From: Nemertoderma westbladi
Lineage: Eukaryota > Animalia > Xenacoelomorpha
Reading direction: 5' to 3'
NCBI GenBank assembly: GCA_032718475.1
Contig: JAUCBJ010008954.1
Location: 43,404 to 107,403 of the forward strand
Length of the DNA stretch: 64,000 nt
Shown here: piece after piece, positions 14,849-28,000 of the stretch
Numbering within the stretch: position 1 is the first letter of the stretch
Layout: every line of letters begins with the position of its first letter
Translations under genes and position numbers: made by a program
Notes under the pieces: model-generated
Told to the model about the DNA's origin: nothing
Database searches by the model: none
Seen by the model: the letters and a program-made list of their open reading frames with translations, nothing else

Positions 14849-17128
14849 CTACTGAAACCCGATGAAAAGTTCGTAATCATCCGAATCATCGCCGCTCATA
14901 TCTATTCTACCATCTCCTCTCTCTTCAATCCCATCCACCTCGTCTCCACTCCCATCCACCTCGTCTCCACTCCCATCCACTTCGTCTCCACTCCCATCCA
15001 CCTCGTCTCCACTGCCATCCACCTTGTCTCCACTCCCATCCACTTCGTCTCCACTCCCATCCACCTCGTCTCCACTCCCATCCACCTCGTCTCCACTCCC
15101 ATCCACCTCGTCTCCACTCCCATCCACCTCGTCTGCACTCCCATCCACCTCGTCTCCACTCCCATCCACCTCCTTTCCACTCCCATCCACCTCGTCTCCA
15201 CTCCCATCCACCTCGTCTCCACTCCAATCCACCTCATCTCCACTCCCATCCACCTCGTCTCCACTCCCATCCACCTCCTTTCCACTCCCATCCACCTCGT
15301 CTCCACTCTCATCCACGTCGTCTCCACTCCCATCCACCTCCTTTCCACTCCCATCCACCTCGTCTCCACTCTCATCCACCTCGTCTCCACTCCCAACCTC
15401 GTCTCCACTCCCACCCACTTCGTCTCCACTCCCATCCACCTCGTCTCCACTCCAATCCACCTCGTCTCCACTCCCATCCACCTCGTCTCCACTCCCATCC
15501 ACCTCCTTTCTACTCCCATCCACCTCGTCTCCACTCCCATCCACCTCGTCTCCACTCCAATCCACCTCGTCTCCACTCCCATCCACCTCGTCTCCACTCC
15601 CATCCACCTCCCTTCCACTCCCATCCACCTCGTCTCCACTCTCATCCACCTCGTCTCCACTCCCAACCTCGTCTCCACTCCCACCCACTTCGTCTCCACT
15701 CCCATCCACCTCGTCTCCACTCCCATCCACCTCGTCACCACACCCATCGTTTTTTTTCACTTCCTTACTGAGCCCCTTCTTGCCAAACAGAACATTCCAT
15801 ATAATTCCATGCTGAAGGCATCTCAGTTCACAATCATTTAGATTGCAAGACTTCTTCTTCATAATAACAGCAGTAGAGTTGGGGATATATAGCACATCGT
15901 GACATTTCCCAATGCCAACAACTGGACGTATATTTACCGATTTTAGTGTATTATTCACTTTCCCTATGTCGCCACTTGTATAGGTGATAACTTTTGAGAT
16001 TATTCTCGATCGCAACATATCTACCATCCTGCCAAAGGTCGGAGTATCGTCACAAACATGCAGGCTAATGGCGGAATCCAGGGCTCGTTTTGCCGTTGCT
16101 CCTATTCCATCCACCGGGCTCTTCCCGTGTCCAGCCTCCAGATATATCCATTTGCAGTTCTTCTTAATTTCAGTACAATACTTCTGAAATAAGTACAGAA
16201 TATACCTATTACGATATTGCGAGGAGGGTGAATCGCTAATTATTGTAACATTTTCAACACACTCGGAGTTGAGTTCAGCCTTCACTTCTTTCATCGCCTC
16301 TCTCATTACCATACGAATACTGGTGAAAACAGCCGCAGCCTTGTGATTTGTATCTTCACTCATAGCAATGTAGGAGGTGGCTTTCTCTTCGTCTCCTTTC
16401 CAAACTAACATTGGATGAAGTGAAACAGATCTTTTATCATAGTAAGCGCTATGTATTTCTCCAGGATTTGGTGCAGCATAATTTTCACTCCAATCGGCAT
16501 GAATAATGATACTTCGTTTATCCCGTTTAGCCTTCACACCCTTGATTGCAGAAAACTGCGCCTTAACTCGCTCAATGTGTGCTTTAAGTCCATCCAATTC
16601 CTTTACTATAATATCAGTAAACGACTTCAAGCGAATAGATCTAGTCACTTTACGCCAGAACCTCTTACCCTTATCGACATCATAATCGTTTATCCATTGC
16701 TGGACTTCTATGTTCTTGATACTAGAACATTTAATACTCTTTGACCAATTACTATTCTCACGAAATGCGATTTCACAAGCAACACTTCCAGTGGGCAATA
16801 ACTTGGCCGCCACCAAACTTTCTAACATTAACTGGGGATTCACGCAGATAACGCATAAACATGTTCCCCAGTCCGATGCTCTAGGTTGAATCACGTCGCG
16901 TGGCCAGTATCTAGTAAACACCGAGTACGAAATTTCTTTTCCTTTTTCATAAAGAAACCGAGAATGTAAGATACGAAGATTTTCCATTTGATATCGCAAG
17001 GGAACCTCTGACGTTATATGACCGAATCTAACATCAATTGACTTTTTCGACTTATCAGGACACTCTTTTGATACGTCGTCCTGTCTCGCAAAACCCTCAA
17101 CCGCTTCACTTTTCTTTCCGTTGAATAT
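14849..17128 (-). CDS. Transposase (DDD-type, Sola2-like) with an acidic repeat tail; start uncertain
   Basis: Motifs DDVSKECPDK, CLCVIC, DWSENY, SDSPSSQYRN, GHGKSPVDG. The frame is open upstream to ~17128; an in-frame ATG at 17155 is cut off by one TAA. Confidence 0.75.
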   Translation of the reverse strand: MFNGKKSEAVEGFARQDDVSKECPDKSKKSIDVRFGHITSEVPLRYQMENLRILHSRFLYEKGKEISYSVFTRYWPRDVIQPRASDWGTCLCVICVNPQLMLESLVAAKLLPTGSVACEIAFRENSNWSKSIKCSSIKNIEVQQWINDYDVDKGKRFWRKVTRSIRLKSFTDIIVKELDGLKAHIERVKAQFSAIKGVKAKRDKRSIIIHADWSENYAAPNPGEIHSAYYDKRSVSLHPMLVWKGDEEKATSYIAMSEDTNHKAAAVFTSIRMVMREAMKEVKAELNSECVENVTIISDSPSSQYRNRYILYLFQKYCTEIKKNCKWIYLEAGHGKSPVDGIGATAKRALDSAISLHVCDDTPTFGRMVDMLRSRIISKVITYTSGDIGKVNNTLKSVNIRPVVGIGKCHDVLYIPNSTAVIMKKKSCNLNDCELRCLQHGIIWNVLFGKKGLSKEVKKNDGCGDEVDGSGDEVDGSGDEVGGSGDEVGSGDEVDESGDEVDGSGREVDGSGDEVDGSGDEVDWSGDEVDGSGDEVDGSRKEVDGSGDEVDGSGDEVDWSGDEVDGSGDEVGGSGDEVGSGDEVDESGDEVDGSGKEVDGSGDDVDESGDEVDGSGKEVDGSGDEVDGSGDEVDWSGDEVDGSGDEVDGSGKEVDGSGDEVDGSADEVDGSGDEVDGSGDEVDGSGDEVDGSGDEVDGSGDKVDGSGDEVDGSGDEVDGSGDEVDGSGDEVDGIEERGDGRIDMSGDDSDDYELFIGFQ
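14929..15748. repeat. 21-bp tandem repeat CCACTCCCATCCACCTCGTCT (some 18-bp units), about 39 copies, inside the transposase frame
   Basis: Directly visible; encodes GDEVDGS repeats on the minus strand. Confidence 0.95.
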
Positions 17129-17390
17129 TTAGGTAACAACCAGGATATTTATCATAAGTAGCCTATGTCCCAGTATTTTAGTGTCTCAATTAATGTATTA
17201 AATGAACCCTAACTATTATTTAGCTATACTAATATAACTATAATAGCTTCAGAACAATGAGACCCTGCTTTCCTTTTTAAAATTCCCTCTACTTTAACAT
17301 CAGATTTCATTATTGCATTTTTTTAGCCAATAAGAGGAAAGGAAAATTGTGGTTCAAATAAATATCAACTCTCTAATTTATGTTCTTTTG

Positions 17391-17530
17391 GCGTTACATT
17401 TTGCACATGTCTCATCTGTAACGCAAATAATTTGTTTATACATGCGTTACATTTTGGACATGTCTCATCTGTAACGCAAATAATTTGTTTATACATGCGT
17501 TACATTTTGGACATGTCTCATCTGTAACGA
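17391..17530. repeat. ~53-bp tandem repeat with internal inverted motif GCGTTACA...TGTAACGC (transposon subterminal region)
   Basis: About 2.5 copies. Related GTTACA/TGTAAC motifs recur at 14643-14670, 17550-17595, 17748 and 17932. Confidence 0.75.
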
Positions 17531-18341
17531 AAGTTTATGCTCATGCATGCGTTACAAGTGAGACAGCGATACAATGCGTTACATACCGTTACATGCAGGA
17601 CAACTGTGGACATGCTTAGCAATCTCATTAGGTTAACGTGAAAGCTTGACCTTGTATATCATTAGATAGCGCTTTCAGAAGCGGTATAAATAAACTTTAC
17701 ATTAAGTAAATCCGATTTGTGGAAGAAAAGTTATTGCAAAAATAAGGGCGTTACAAGATGGACATTTCCAATGACGTTAAAAAACTACTTGGCAAACTTT
17801 TGGGCATAATTTCTGCTGGACTTATCGATTAGCGTTCATTTGTATATGTATGGATAGCCAATAAAATTATCTTTCGGAAAATACCTTGAAACAAACACAT
17901 TTCACAATAAAAAAATATGTTTCAAAAATGAGCGTTACAACACCTAAAAAATTTATAAAAACGAACATGTAGCATTTTTCATTCCTCAAAAAACAAAACT
18001 ATAAAGAAGTGTACCCCAGTAACGACTAGTACTGGATTGTAGATCATGAAATAAGCTTTTAGCTGATATATAGTTTACTGGAAGTATCTCTTACTGACAT
18101 TTGGTTATGATCGTTTGTATCTCAAAAACTTAGCATCGGACATCGGTCCATTTCGTGCTTGTAATCCAAGGAAAATATATGTCAAATTGCTTAAAACCAA
18201 TGCCAAAAAATGGGCGAAAATTCGCTCTATAGAAATATATATAGGTTTATATGGTTTGGGTTATTTTCTGCTGAGTTATGGCTCATGGAATGGCGAAATT
18301 ACGTCTGACACAATTTTGGCCACTTTTTGCGTAATCTACCC

Positions 18342-20890
18342 TTGGATAGATAGCAGTAAGTAAAGTTGGATAGAAAGCAGTGATGTTGGATAGAAAGCAG
18401 TGCAGTTGGATAGAATGCAATGTTGTTGGATAGAAAGCAGTGCAGTTCGATAGAATGCAATGTTGTTGGATATATAGCAGTGAAGTTGGATAGAAAGCAG
18501 TGATGTTGGATAGAAAGCAGTGCAGTTGGATATAATGCAATGTTGTTGGATAGAAAGCAGTGCAGTTGGATAGAATGCAATGTTGTTGGATAGAAAGCAG
18601 TGCTGTTGGATAGAAAGCAGTAAAGTTGGATAGAAAGCAGTGATGTTGGAAAGAAAGCAGCGATGTTGGATAGAAAGCAATGTTGTTGGATAGAAAGCAG
18701 GGCTGCTGGATAGAAGGCAATGCAGTTGGATGGATAGAAAGCAATGTTGTTGGATAGAAATCAGTGAAGTTGGATGGATAGAAAGAAGTGCTGTTGGATA
18801 GAAAGCAGTGAAGTTGGATAGAAAGCAGTGATGTTGGATAGAAAGCAGTGCAGTTGGATAATGCAATGTCGTTGGATAGAAAGCAGTGCAGTTGAATGGA
18901 TAGAAAGCAGTGCTGTTGGATAGAAAGCAGTGATGTTGGATAGAAAGCAGTGCTGTTGGATAGAAAGCAATGTTGTTCGATAGAAAGCTATGTTGTTGGA
19001 TAGAAAGCAACGATGTTGGATAGAAAGCTGTGACGTTGGATAGAAAGCTGTGACGTTGGATAGAAAGCAATTTTGTTGGATAGAAAGCAGTGATGTTGGA
19101 TAGAAAGCAGTGATGTTGGATAGAAGGCAGTGCTGTTGAATAGAAAGCAGTGCTGTTGGATAAAAAGCAATGCAGTTGGATAGAATGCAGTGCTGTTGGG
19201 TAGAAAGCAGTGCAGTTGTTTTTGGATAGAAAGCAGTGATGTTTGATAGAAAGCTGTGACGTTGGATAGAAAGCAATGTTGTTGGATAGAAAGCAGTGAT
19301 GTTGGATAGAAAGCAGTGCTATTGGATAGAAAGCAGTGCTGTTGGATAGAAAGCAATGTTGTTCGATAGAAAGCTATGTTGTTGGATAGAAAGCAACGAT
19401 GTTGGATAGAAAGCTGTGACGTTGGATAGAAAGCTGTGACGTTGGATAGAAAGCAATGTTGTTGGATAGAAAGCAGTGATGTTGGATAGAAAGCAGTGAT
19501 GTTGGATAGAAGGCAGTGCTGTTGAATAGAAAGCAGTGCTGTTGGATAAAAAGCAATTCAGTTGGATAGAATGCAGTGCTGTTGGGTAGAAAGCAGTGCA
19601 GTTGTTTTTGGATAGAAAGCAGTGATGTTTGATAGAAAGCTGTGACGTTGGATAGAAAGCAATGTTGTTGGATAGAAAGCAGTGATGTTGGATAGAAAGC
19701 AGTGCTGTTGGTTAGAAAGCAGTGATGTTGGTTAGAAATCAGTGCTGTTGGATGGAAGTAGTGATGTTGGATAGAAAGCAATGTTGTTGGATAGAAAGCT
19801 GTGCTGTTGGATAGAAAGCAGTGATGTTGTATAAAGGCAGTGTTGTTTGATAGAGGGCAGTGCTGTTGGATAGAAAGCAGTGATATTGGATAGAAAGCAG
19901 TGACGTTGGATATCAAGCAGTGCTGTTGGATAGAAAGCAGTGATGTTGGATAGAAAGTAGTGCTGTTGGATAGAAAGCTGTGCTGTTGGATAGAAAGCAG
20001 TGCTGTTGGATAGAAAGCAGTGATGTTGGATGGAAAGCAATGTTGTTGGATAGAAAGCAGTGCTGTTGGATAGATAGCAGTGATGTTGGAAAGAAAGCAG
20101 CGATGTTGGATAGAAAGCAGTGCAGTTGGATAGAAAGCAGTGCTGTTGGATAGAAAGCTGTGCTGTTGGATAGAAAGCAGTGATGTTGGATAGAAAGTAG
20201 AGCTGTTGGATAGAAAGCAGTGCAGTATAGAAAGCAGTGATATTGGATAGAAAGCAGTGACGTTGAATATCAAGCAGCGATGTTGGATAAAAAGCAGTGA
20301 TGTTGGATAGAAAGCAACGGTGTTGGATAGAAAGCAGTGCAGTTGGATAGAAAGCAGTGCTGTTGGATAGAAAGCAGTGCTGTTGGATAGAAAGCAGTGA
20401 TGTTGGATAGAAAGTAGTGCTGTTGGATAGTAAGCAGTGCAGTTGGATAGAAAGCAGTGATATTGGATAGAATGCAGTGACGTTGGATATCAAGCAGCGA
20501 TGTTGGATAGAAAGCAGCGATGTTGGATAGAAAGCAGTGATGTTGGATGGAAAGCAATGTTGTTGGATAGAAAGCAGTGCTGTTGGATAGAAAGCAATGT
20601 TGTTGGATAAAAAGCAGTGCTGTTGGATAGAAAGCAGTGCTGTTGGATAGAAAGCTGTGCTGTTGGATAGAAAGCTGTGCTGTTGGATAGAAAGCAGTGA
20701 TGTTGTATAAAAGCAGTGTTGTTTGATAGAGAGCAGTGATGTTGGATAGAAAGCAGTGATATTGGATAGAAAGCAGTGACGTTGGATAGAAAGCAGTGAT
20801 GTTGGATAAAAGCAGTGTTGTTGGATAGAAAGCAGTGCTGTTGGATAGAAAGCAAAGTTGTTGGATAGAAAGCAACGATGTTGGATACAA
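18342..20890 (-). repeat. 20-bp satellite, right part (continuation beyond the transposon)
   Basis: Same unit family. A ~386-bp higher-order duplication is visible (marker TTCGATAGAAAGCTATG at 18976 and 19362). Confidence 0.97.
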
Positions 20891-21529
20891 GTTGTTCTTT
20901 TGAATATAGATTAAACAAACGTAACTTTTTGTAACAGAACAATTTCTAATTTTAGAAGAATTATTATATTCCATACACTTCACTCAATTGATCGTATTAT
21001 TTTTATAAAAAAAATACATTATTCCATGAGGGTAGTACAGAAGCTGATATCTTTTGATGTATATACGGAGACCCTAAGTAGACACTTTTGTTGTTTTTGT
21101 GAGAACATAAAGTATGACTTTATTTCACGCGGGCCGCAAATATTTACATTTAGTGACGTGAGTTAGTAAAATATTGAATTGAGTGACCGAGGTAAGATAA
21201 ATAGTACTTTATATGGTTTATACAACACTGGTAATACGTAGTTATTAACTGTATTGTTAAGTTTTTGATTTACTTTATAATTTATTGAAAAATAAAAAAA
21301 TCTAAAAAATTAACCTAAATTAAAACGAATTATCTCAACAAAAATAGCTTTGTTCCTTCTACAGTCGAATGTAAAATGTTTTCTTAATACATGGCCCCGA
21401 GTTAATAATAATATAGTAAGTCAAACATCCACAGCATCTGTAACCATGGGAACCCGAGATAAAGGCAAGGTTTATGGTCGTACTTTAAATAATTATATAA
21501 ATTAGCAATAAATATAATAATTCACTAAC

Positions 21530-23409
21530 CTGCAGGGATCGAGTTAAATGTTCATAGAAAATCGAGTTGAGATTGTTGTCGTTAGAAGAAACAGGTTGGC
21601 GATCCAACGCGGTGGATAACCGAAGGTTAGAATGGTCAGATCGCTTCGTGTTATAATCCCGCTCCCAAAACCTCAGCGGCCGAACGTAAGCAGTGAAGAA
21701 AATAGCGCTGCCGAGGATAGGTTGGAGAGGGGCGGAGAGGGCGGTGGCTACCACAGACTGGACGATAAGCATAGCGGAGTGAGGAACGGAGAAGGATTGG
21801 GCGAACGCGTGGAACGCGGAACCCCAAGTGATCTGCCAAGGGGCAATGTAGGTAAGTATAAACTGCCACTTGAGTAGCAACTCGCAAAACTTATTGTGTA
21901 AAAACGAGACGATAAAGTAATCAATAAGGAAGGACAACGAGTATTGTTGTATATCGAACTGGTAAAGTAAAACAGTTAGTAGGATGACTTGGTACTGACG
22001 GGACGGCTGACTGGCGGCGTTCCGTAGGAGTTTCAACGCGATAACAACGACGACGAGGGCTCCTATCGGGCTCCCGAACCTCAGTACGACGGAACCGCAG
22101 TGCACGGACAGCGCGGAGAGCACGATGGCCGGGTACAGTAGGTTGCGTTCCGCGCACCGCGCCCACACGTAGAGCCGTTCGTGGCGCATTATAGCGGCCG
22201 GCGACCAAACCTCGAAGTGACCGTGTTCGCGGGAGGGCAGCACCGGGTGGGCGACGAACCTACCGGGGTACTGCACCCGGAGTCGGGGGACCAGACCGTG
22301 GACCGCGAACCCCGAGGCCACCGCGGTAGACCACAACGAGTACTCGAGGTAGGGACTCAACGCCGTGAACATACCGCTGACGTGGAACGCGAACGTTAGA
22401 ACCGCAATGATAGGACACACGATCACGTCACTCCTAACCCGAGCTAACACGGCGTCCCGCAGTTTCTGTGGCAACGGGTCCCTTCCTCCTAATTGGTCGT
22501 CCTCCGATGCGGCAACATTGCTCTCCTCCAACTCCTCTTCTCCCCAGATCCGATTCCGTATCAGTTGCCATGGCACCAGGGGCGAGGCAGCGCTCCGACT
22601 CAGATGGTAACTAATGGCGACCAATAGACCGCACAACACGGAGAGAGCAGCGCTGTTATCGTGGTTGGAGGGAACCGCTAGTCCGAGATAGGCGAGTCCG
22701 TACAGAGGTAGGAGACATAGCAACGAGCGTAGCAACGCGAATGCCGAGGCCCCCAGACTAGTCGAGGCGTTGCCACCGAATAAGTGCATGTCAACCTGTT
22801 CCAGAACGTACATAATGAAAGTATTAAACTGGGGCAGCAACCCGAGGGTGAATATTAAAGGGAAACAAAGCAGGAATATTCCGAGACAATCGAGAACGAC
22901 GGATAAAGAGGAGAAATACGAGTTGTTAAGCTCCCGTCCGACGTCGGCGTAGTGAAGAGAGATGACGAGACCGGAGATTAAACAGAAGTAAATCGGTCGG
23001 GAATAAACGATGGCGCGGTTAAACCCGTGCATCGGCGACGCAGAATCCGGCTGGACGCTCTTCAGTAGGGAGTACTGGCAACTCGCCATGACGAAACAGA
23101 GGATCATAGTGGAGAGTTCCTGGAAGTAATGGGTGCGGAGAAGAAGGAACCCGAGGAAAGCAACGAGGCCGGCTAGAGCGACGGCGAGGACGTTCTCGAC
23201 GGGTTTAGGGTTGGGGTCCAGGAGGGCTTGGAGGACCTGTCGGTCGAATCCGACGGTTATTGGTTGCCGTAGAAACCGCCCCCCGCCCGCCAACAGTTGG
23301 TACCGGTACCGGGGCGGCACTCGCGTTGATTTAGAAAAAATGATGTTGCCATGGGAATGGTGCGAAATTGAATGAGTTGGAGTCGCGAGACGACCAACAA
23401 GGTCGGAAT
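21530..23409 (-). CDS. pcx: Pecanex exon 7 (multi-pass transmembrane region)
   Basis: FDRQVLQALLD..CQYSLLKSVQPDSASPMHGFN..YIAPWQITWGSAFHAFAQ..NLNSIFYEHLTRSLQ. ttttag| acceptor (phase 1), |gttagt donor (phase 0). Confidence 0.95.
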
Positions 23410-23794
23410 CTAAAATATTAACAAAAAACATAAATAAAATACTCAGAGATCTAAGACTATAAACATAAACCTATAGAGACCTAATACCTAAGACTTACAA
23501 ATAAAATGTATTCACAACAATTAAGAGAACTAATTAATAGCTGTCATATGTCGAGATGATGATGATATTATAATAATGCAACATAACTACTTCCAACCCA
23601 ATATATTAGACATATACCTTAACGTATTAGCGCAATAAGGAAGGATAAAGAAGGAAATCACGCAATATAAACATAAACAATCATTATTTCAACTATTTAT
23701 AATAAAAAATAAAGTTAATACTTCAATATCTCTAGGTGACATTAACATATATTATAACTTTTTGTTGGGCACAGCTTTTGCAAAGTCGGCAATG

Positions 23795-23880
23795 TCGTCC
23801 AGGTGGGATCGAACTGGTGACCTACGGGTTGGAAGTCTGACGCTCTAACCATTCAGCTAGCGGCTCAGGTAAAAGATAGA
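23795..23880 (-). mobile_element. tRNA-derived SINE head / tRNA pseudogene
   Basis: A-box TAGCTGAATGGTTAGAGC and B-box GTTCGATCC, but the anticodon stem does not pair. Confidence 0.6.
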
Positions 23881-24174
23881 TAGATAGCTGATAAAGATAG
23901 AATAAATTATAAATATACCGGTCGCATTTCTCTATGGGTGTAACTGTCCTACCTAAATTAGTAGTTAGAGTGTATAATTAATCATTGTGGCCGTGATGGT
24001 TCATGGTTAATATACACTACCCTTTCATTGTAGCGAGTGGTTAAAGACGGCCAAGTACGGTAGGGTTGAGCACAGTGGCAGCATATTATGGTATTGACAG
24101 ATGGGAGGCCATGAGGAGGTAAATTGCGGACATACAAGGTATCAGATCAGATAGTATTTCCAGGTCGACCAGGT

Positions 24175-24251
24175 CTATCTTTTACCTGAACCGCTAGCTG
24201 GATGGTTAGAGCGTCAGACTTTGAACCCGAAGGTCACCAGTTCGATCCCAC
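24175..24251 (+). mobile_element. tRNA-derived SINE head / tRNA pseudogene, inverted partner of 23795-23880
   Basis: CCGCTAGCTGGATGGTTAGAGCGTCAGAC..GGTCACCAGTTCGATCCCA. Shares the 5' flank CTATCTTTTACCTGA with the other copy. Confidence 0.6.
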
Positions 24252-24530
24252 GTAAACTTTTCATATTAAAAAAAAACGTCAACACCTTTCAGTTTGTATA
24301 TTACACAATGAAATAATACATACATACGTCATACATACTCATAATACATAGCTCAAGGATCTGTAATAAATGTTTAACCGATACCTTTAGAAACTCACTT
24401 TATCCTGCGCTACAAACTCTATTAGTTGAAGGTAAGTAATATACTACCAAAATCCCAAGTAATATGTTCCCAAAATCCCAAGTAACATGTTCCCAAGTAA
24501 TAGTTAATAAAGTTAATAAAGATGACAAAC

Positions 24531-24662
24531 CCTGTGAGACGGTATCGGAAGAGGATGACGACGCGACTAATCTATTCAACCGATCGATAATGAATTCATC
24601 GGGAGGCGGGTGCGGCAGACTTGTCGATGGAAGACGTCTGCGACGGCGTAGGGAACGGGAAT
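24531..24662 (-). CDS. pcx: Pecanex exon 6 (predicted)
   Basis: cccgttag| acceptor and |gtttgt donor. 132 bp, phase 1-1, open (DSRSLRRRRRLPSTSLPHPPPDEF..). GC-rich island in an AT-rich intron. Confidence 0.65.
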
Positions 24663-24905
24663 CTAACGGGAAGCAATCGGGTTATAGGGCCACGTTTAGG
24701 TTGAAAAATAATTATAACTTAATATAGAACGATTCTTGGATAAACTTAATTAAAATTTTATGTCACAGTGGCATTGACTATGACTATGACAAGGTTGTAT
24801 ATAAAATATGAAAGAAGTCAACTTACATTATTAGACTGGGTTACTTTACATAAGAATTCAATATAACCAATAAATGGCAGTACTGTACTGGTGTCACTAT
24901 AATAC

Positions 24906-25067
24906 CTTCGGTTCGTGGGACGTGGAAGGCCATCCCGGTACTGTCTGGTCCAAAGGAATAGGCCATCTTAATGCCGTTGGGATCCACAAAATAATGTGTA
25001 GCGCCATCTCTCGTGTCATCGTGATCCGTGGCAACAAGAGATGGGAGGGGCTGATTGGAGGGCTCAT
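24906..25067 (-). CDS. pcx: Pecanex exon 5
   Basis: DEPSNQPLPSLVATDHDDTRDGATHYFVDPNGIKMAYSFG resembles the short conserved motif before the pecanex TM region. ttccttag| and |gtatta, phase 1-1. Confidence 0.85.
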
Positions 25068-28000
25068 CTAAGGAAAAATTACAGAGATGGGAGGCCGAGC
25101 TCATCTAAGGAAAAATTACAGAGATGGGAGGCCGAGCTCATCTGAGATAAAATTACAGAGATGGGAGGCCGAGCTCATCTGAGATAAAATTACAGAGATG
25201 GGAGGCCGAGCTCATCTAAAGAAAAATTACAGAGATGGGAGGCCGAGCTCATCTACGGAAAAATTACGGAGATGGGAGGCCGAGCTCATCTGAGATAAAA
25301 TTACAGAGATGGGAGGCCGAGCTCATCTAAAGAAAAATTACAGAGATGGGAGGCCGAGCTCATCTACGGAAAAATTACGGAGATGGGAGGCCGAGCTCAT
25401 CTGAGATAAAATTACAGAGATGGGAGGCCGAGCTCATCTAAAGAAAAATTACAGAGATGGGAGGCCGAGCTCATCTACGGAAAAATTACGGAGATGGGAG
25501 ACCGAGCTCATCTAAGGAAAAATTACAGAGATGGGAGGCCGAGCTCATCTGAGATAAAATTACAGAGATGGGAGGCCGAGCTCATCTGAGATAAAATTAC
25601 AGAGATGGGAGGCCGAGCTCATCTAAAGAAAAATTACAGAGATGGGAGGCCGAGCTCATCTACGGAAAAATTACGGAGATGGGAGGCCGAGCTCATCTGA
25701 GATAAAATTACAGAGATGGGAGGCCGAGCTCATCTAAAGAATAATTACAGAGATGGGAGGCCGAGCTCATCTACGGAAAAATTACGGAGATGGGAGGCCG
25801 AGCTCATCTGAGATAAAATTACAGAGATGGGAGGCCGAGCTCATCTGAGATAAAATTACAGAGATGGGAGGCCGAGCTCATCTAAGAAAAAATTACAGTG
25901 ATGGGAGGCCGAGCTCATCTAAGGAAAAATTACAGAGATGGGAGGAGGCCGAGCTCATCTAAGAAAAAATTACAGAGATGGGAGGCCGAGCTCATCTGAG
26001 ATAAAATTACAGAGATGGGAGGCCGAGCTCATCTGAGATAAAATTACAGAGATGGGAGGCCGAGCTCATCTAAAGAAAAATTACAGAGATGGGAGGCCGA
26101 GCTCATCTACGGAAAAATTACGGAGATGGGAGGCCGAGCTCAGTTGAGAAAAAATTACAGAGATGGGAGGCCGAGCTCATCTAAAGAAAAATTACAGAGA
26201 TGGGAGGCCGAGCTCATCTAAGGAAAAATTACAGAGATGGGAGGAGGCCGAGCTCATCTAAGGAAAAATTACAGAGATGGGAGGCCGAGCTCATCTAAGG
26301 AAAAATTACAGAGATGGGAGGCCGAGCTCATCTGAGATAAAATTACAGAGATGGGAGGCCGAGCTCATCTAAAGAAAAATTACAGAGATGGGAGGCCGAG
26401 CTCATCTAAGGAAAAATTACAGAGATGGGAGGCCGAGCTCATCTGAGATAAAATTACAGAGATGGGAGGCCGAGCTCATCTAAAGAAAAATTACAGAGAT
26501 GGGAGGCCGAGCTCATCTAAGGAAAAATTACAGAGATGGGAGGAGGCCGAGCTCATCTAAGAAAAAATTACAGAGATGGGAGGCCGAGCTCATCTAAGGA
26601 AAAATTACAGAGATGGGAGGAGGCCGAGCTCATCTAAGAAAAAATTACAGAGATGGGAGGCCGAGCTCATCTAAGATAAAATTACAGAGATGGGAGGCCG
26701 AGCTCATCTAAGGAAAAATTACAGAGATGGGAGGCCGAGCTCATCTGAGATAAAATTACAGAGATGGGAGGCCGAGCTCATCTAAAGAAAAATTACAGAG
26801 ATGGGAGGCCGAGCTCATCTAAGGAAAAATTACAGAGATGGGAGGAGGCCGAGCTCATCTAAGAAAAAATTACAGAGATGGGAGGCCGAGCTCATCTGAG
26901 ATAAAATTACAGAGATGGGAGGCCGAGCTCATCTAAGGAAAAATTACAGAGATGGGAGGCCGAGCTCATCTAAGGAAAAATTACAGAGATGGGAGGAGGC
27001 CGAGCTCATCTAAGAAAAAATTACAGAGATGGGAGGCCGAGCTCATCTGAGATAAAATTACAGAGATGGGAGGCCGAGCTCATCTGAGATAAAATTACAG
27101 AGATGGGAGGCCGAGCTCATCTAAAGAAAAATTACAGAGATGGGAGGCCGAGCTCATCTACGGAAAAATTACGGAGATGGGAGGCCGAGCTCAGTTGAGA
27201 AAAAATTACAGAGATGGGAGGCCGAGCTCATCTAAGGAAAAATTACAGAGATTGGAGGCCGAGCTCAGCTGAGAAAAAATTACAGAGATGGGAGGCCGAG
27301 CTCATCAGAAGGAAAAATTACAGAGATGGGAGGCCGAGCTCATCTGATAAAAAATTAGAGATGGGAGGCCGAGGTCATCTGATAAAAAATTACAGAGATG
27401 GCAGGCCGAGCTCATCTAAGGAAAAATTACAGAGATGGGAGGCCGAGCTCATCTAAGGAAAAATTACAGAGATGGGAGGCCGAGCTCATCTGATAAAAAA
27501 TTACAGAGATGGGAGGCCGAGGTCATCTGATAAAAAATTACAGAGATGGGAGGCCGAGGTCATCTGATAAAAAATTACAGAGATGGGGGGCCGAGCTCAT
27601 CTGATAAAAAATTACAGAGATGGGAGGCCGATGTCATCTAAGGAAACATTACAGAGATGGGAGGCCGAGGTCATCTAAGGAAAAATTACAGAGATGGGAG
27701 GCCGAGGTCATCTGATAAAAAATTACAGAGATGGGAGGCCGAGGTCATCTGATAAAAAATTACAGAGATGGGAGGCCGAGGTCATCTGATAAAAAATTAC
27801 AGAGATGGGAGGCCGAGGTCGTCTGATAAAAAATTACAGAGATGGGAGGCCGAGGTCGTCTAAGGAAAAATTACAATGATGGGAGGCCGAGCTCATCTAA
27901 GGAAAAATTACAGAGATGGGAGGCCGAGCTCATCTAAAGAAAAATTACAGAGATGGGAGGCCGAGCTCATCTGATAAAAAATTACAGAGATGGGAGGCCG

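Larger units (their letters stand above)
14462..18341 (-). mobile_element. Sola2-like DNA transposon inserted in the satellite
   Basis: TIRs GGGTCGATTACGCAAAAAATGGCCAAA and GGGTAGATTACGCAAAAAGTGGCCAAA. 4-bp TSD TTGG (14458-61, 18342-45). Internal transposase-like ORF. The superfamily call rests on recalled motifs, GRG termini and the 4-bp TSD. Confidence 0.8.

Noticed and set aside
14768-15841. Plus-strand (STPIHLV)n and (PLPSTSS)n ORFs
   Set aside because: They are alternative frames of the 21-bp minisatellite.
23795-24251. Functional tRNA-Gly/Gln genes
   Set aside because: The anticodon and acceptor stems do not pair properly, which fits SINE heads or pseudogenes better.
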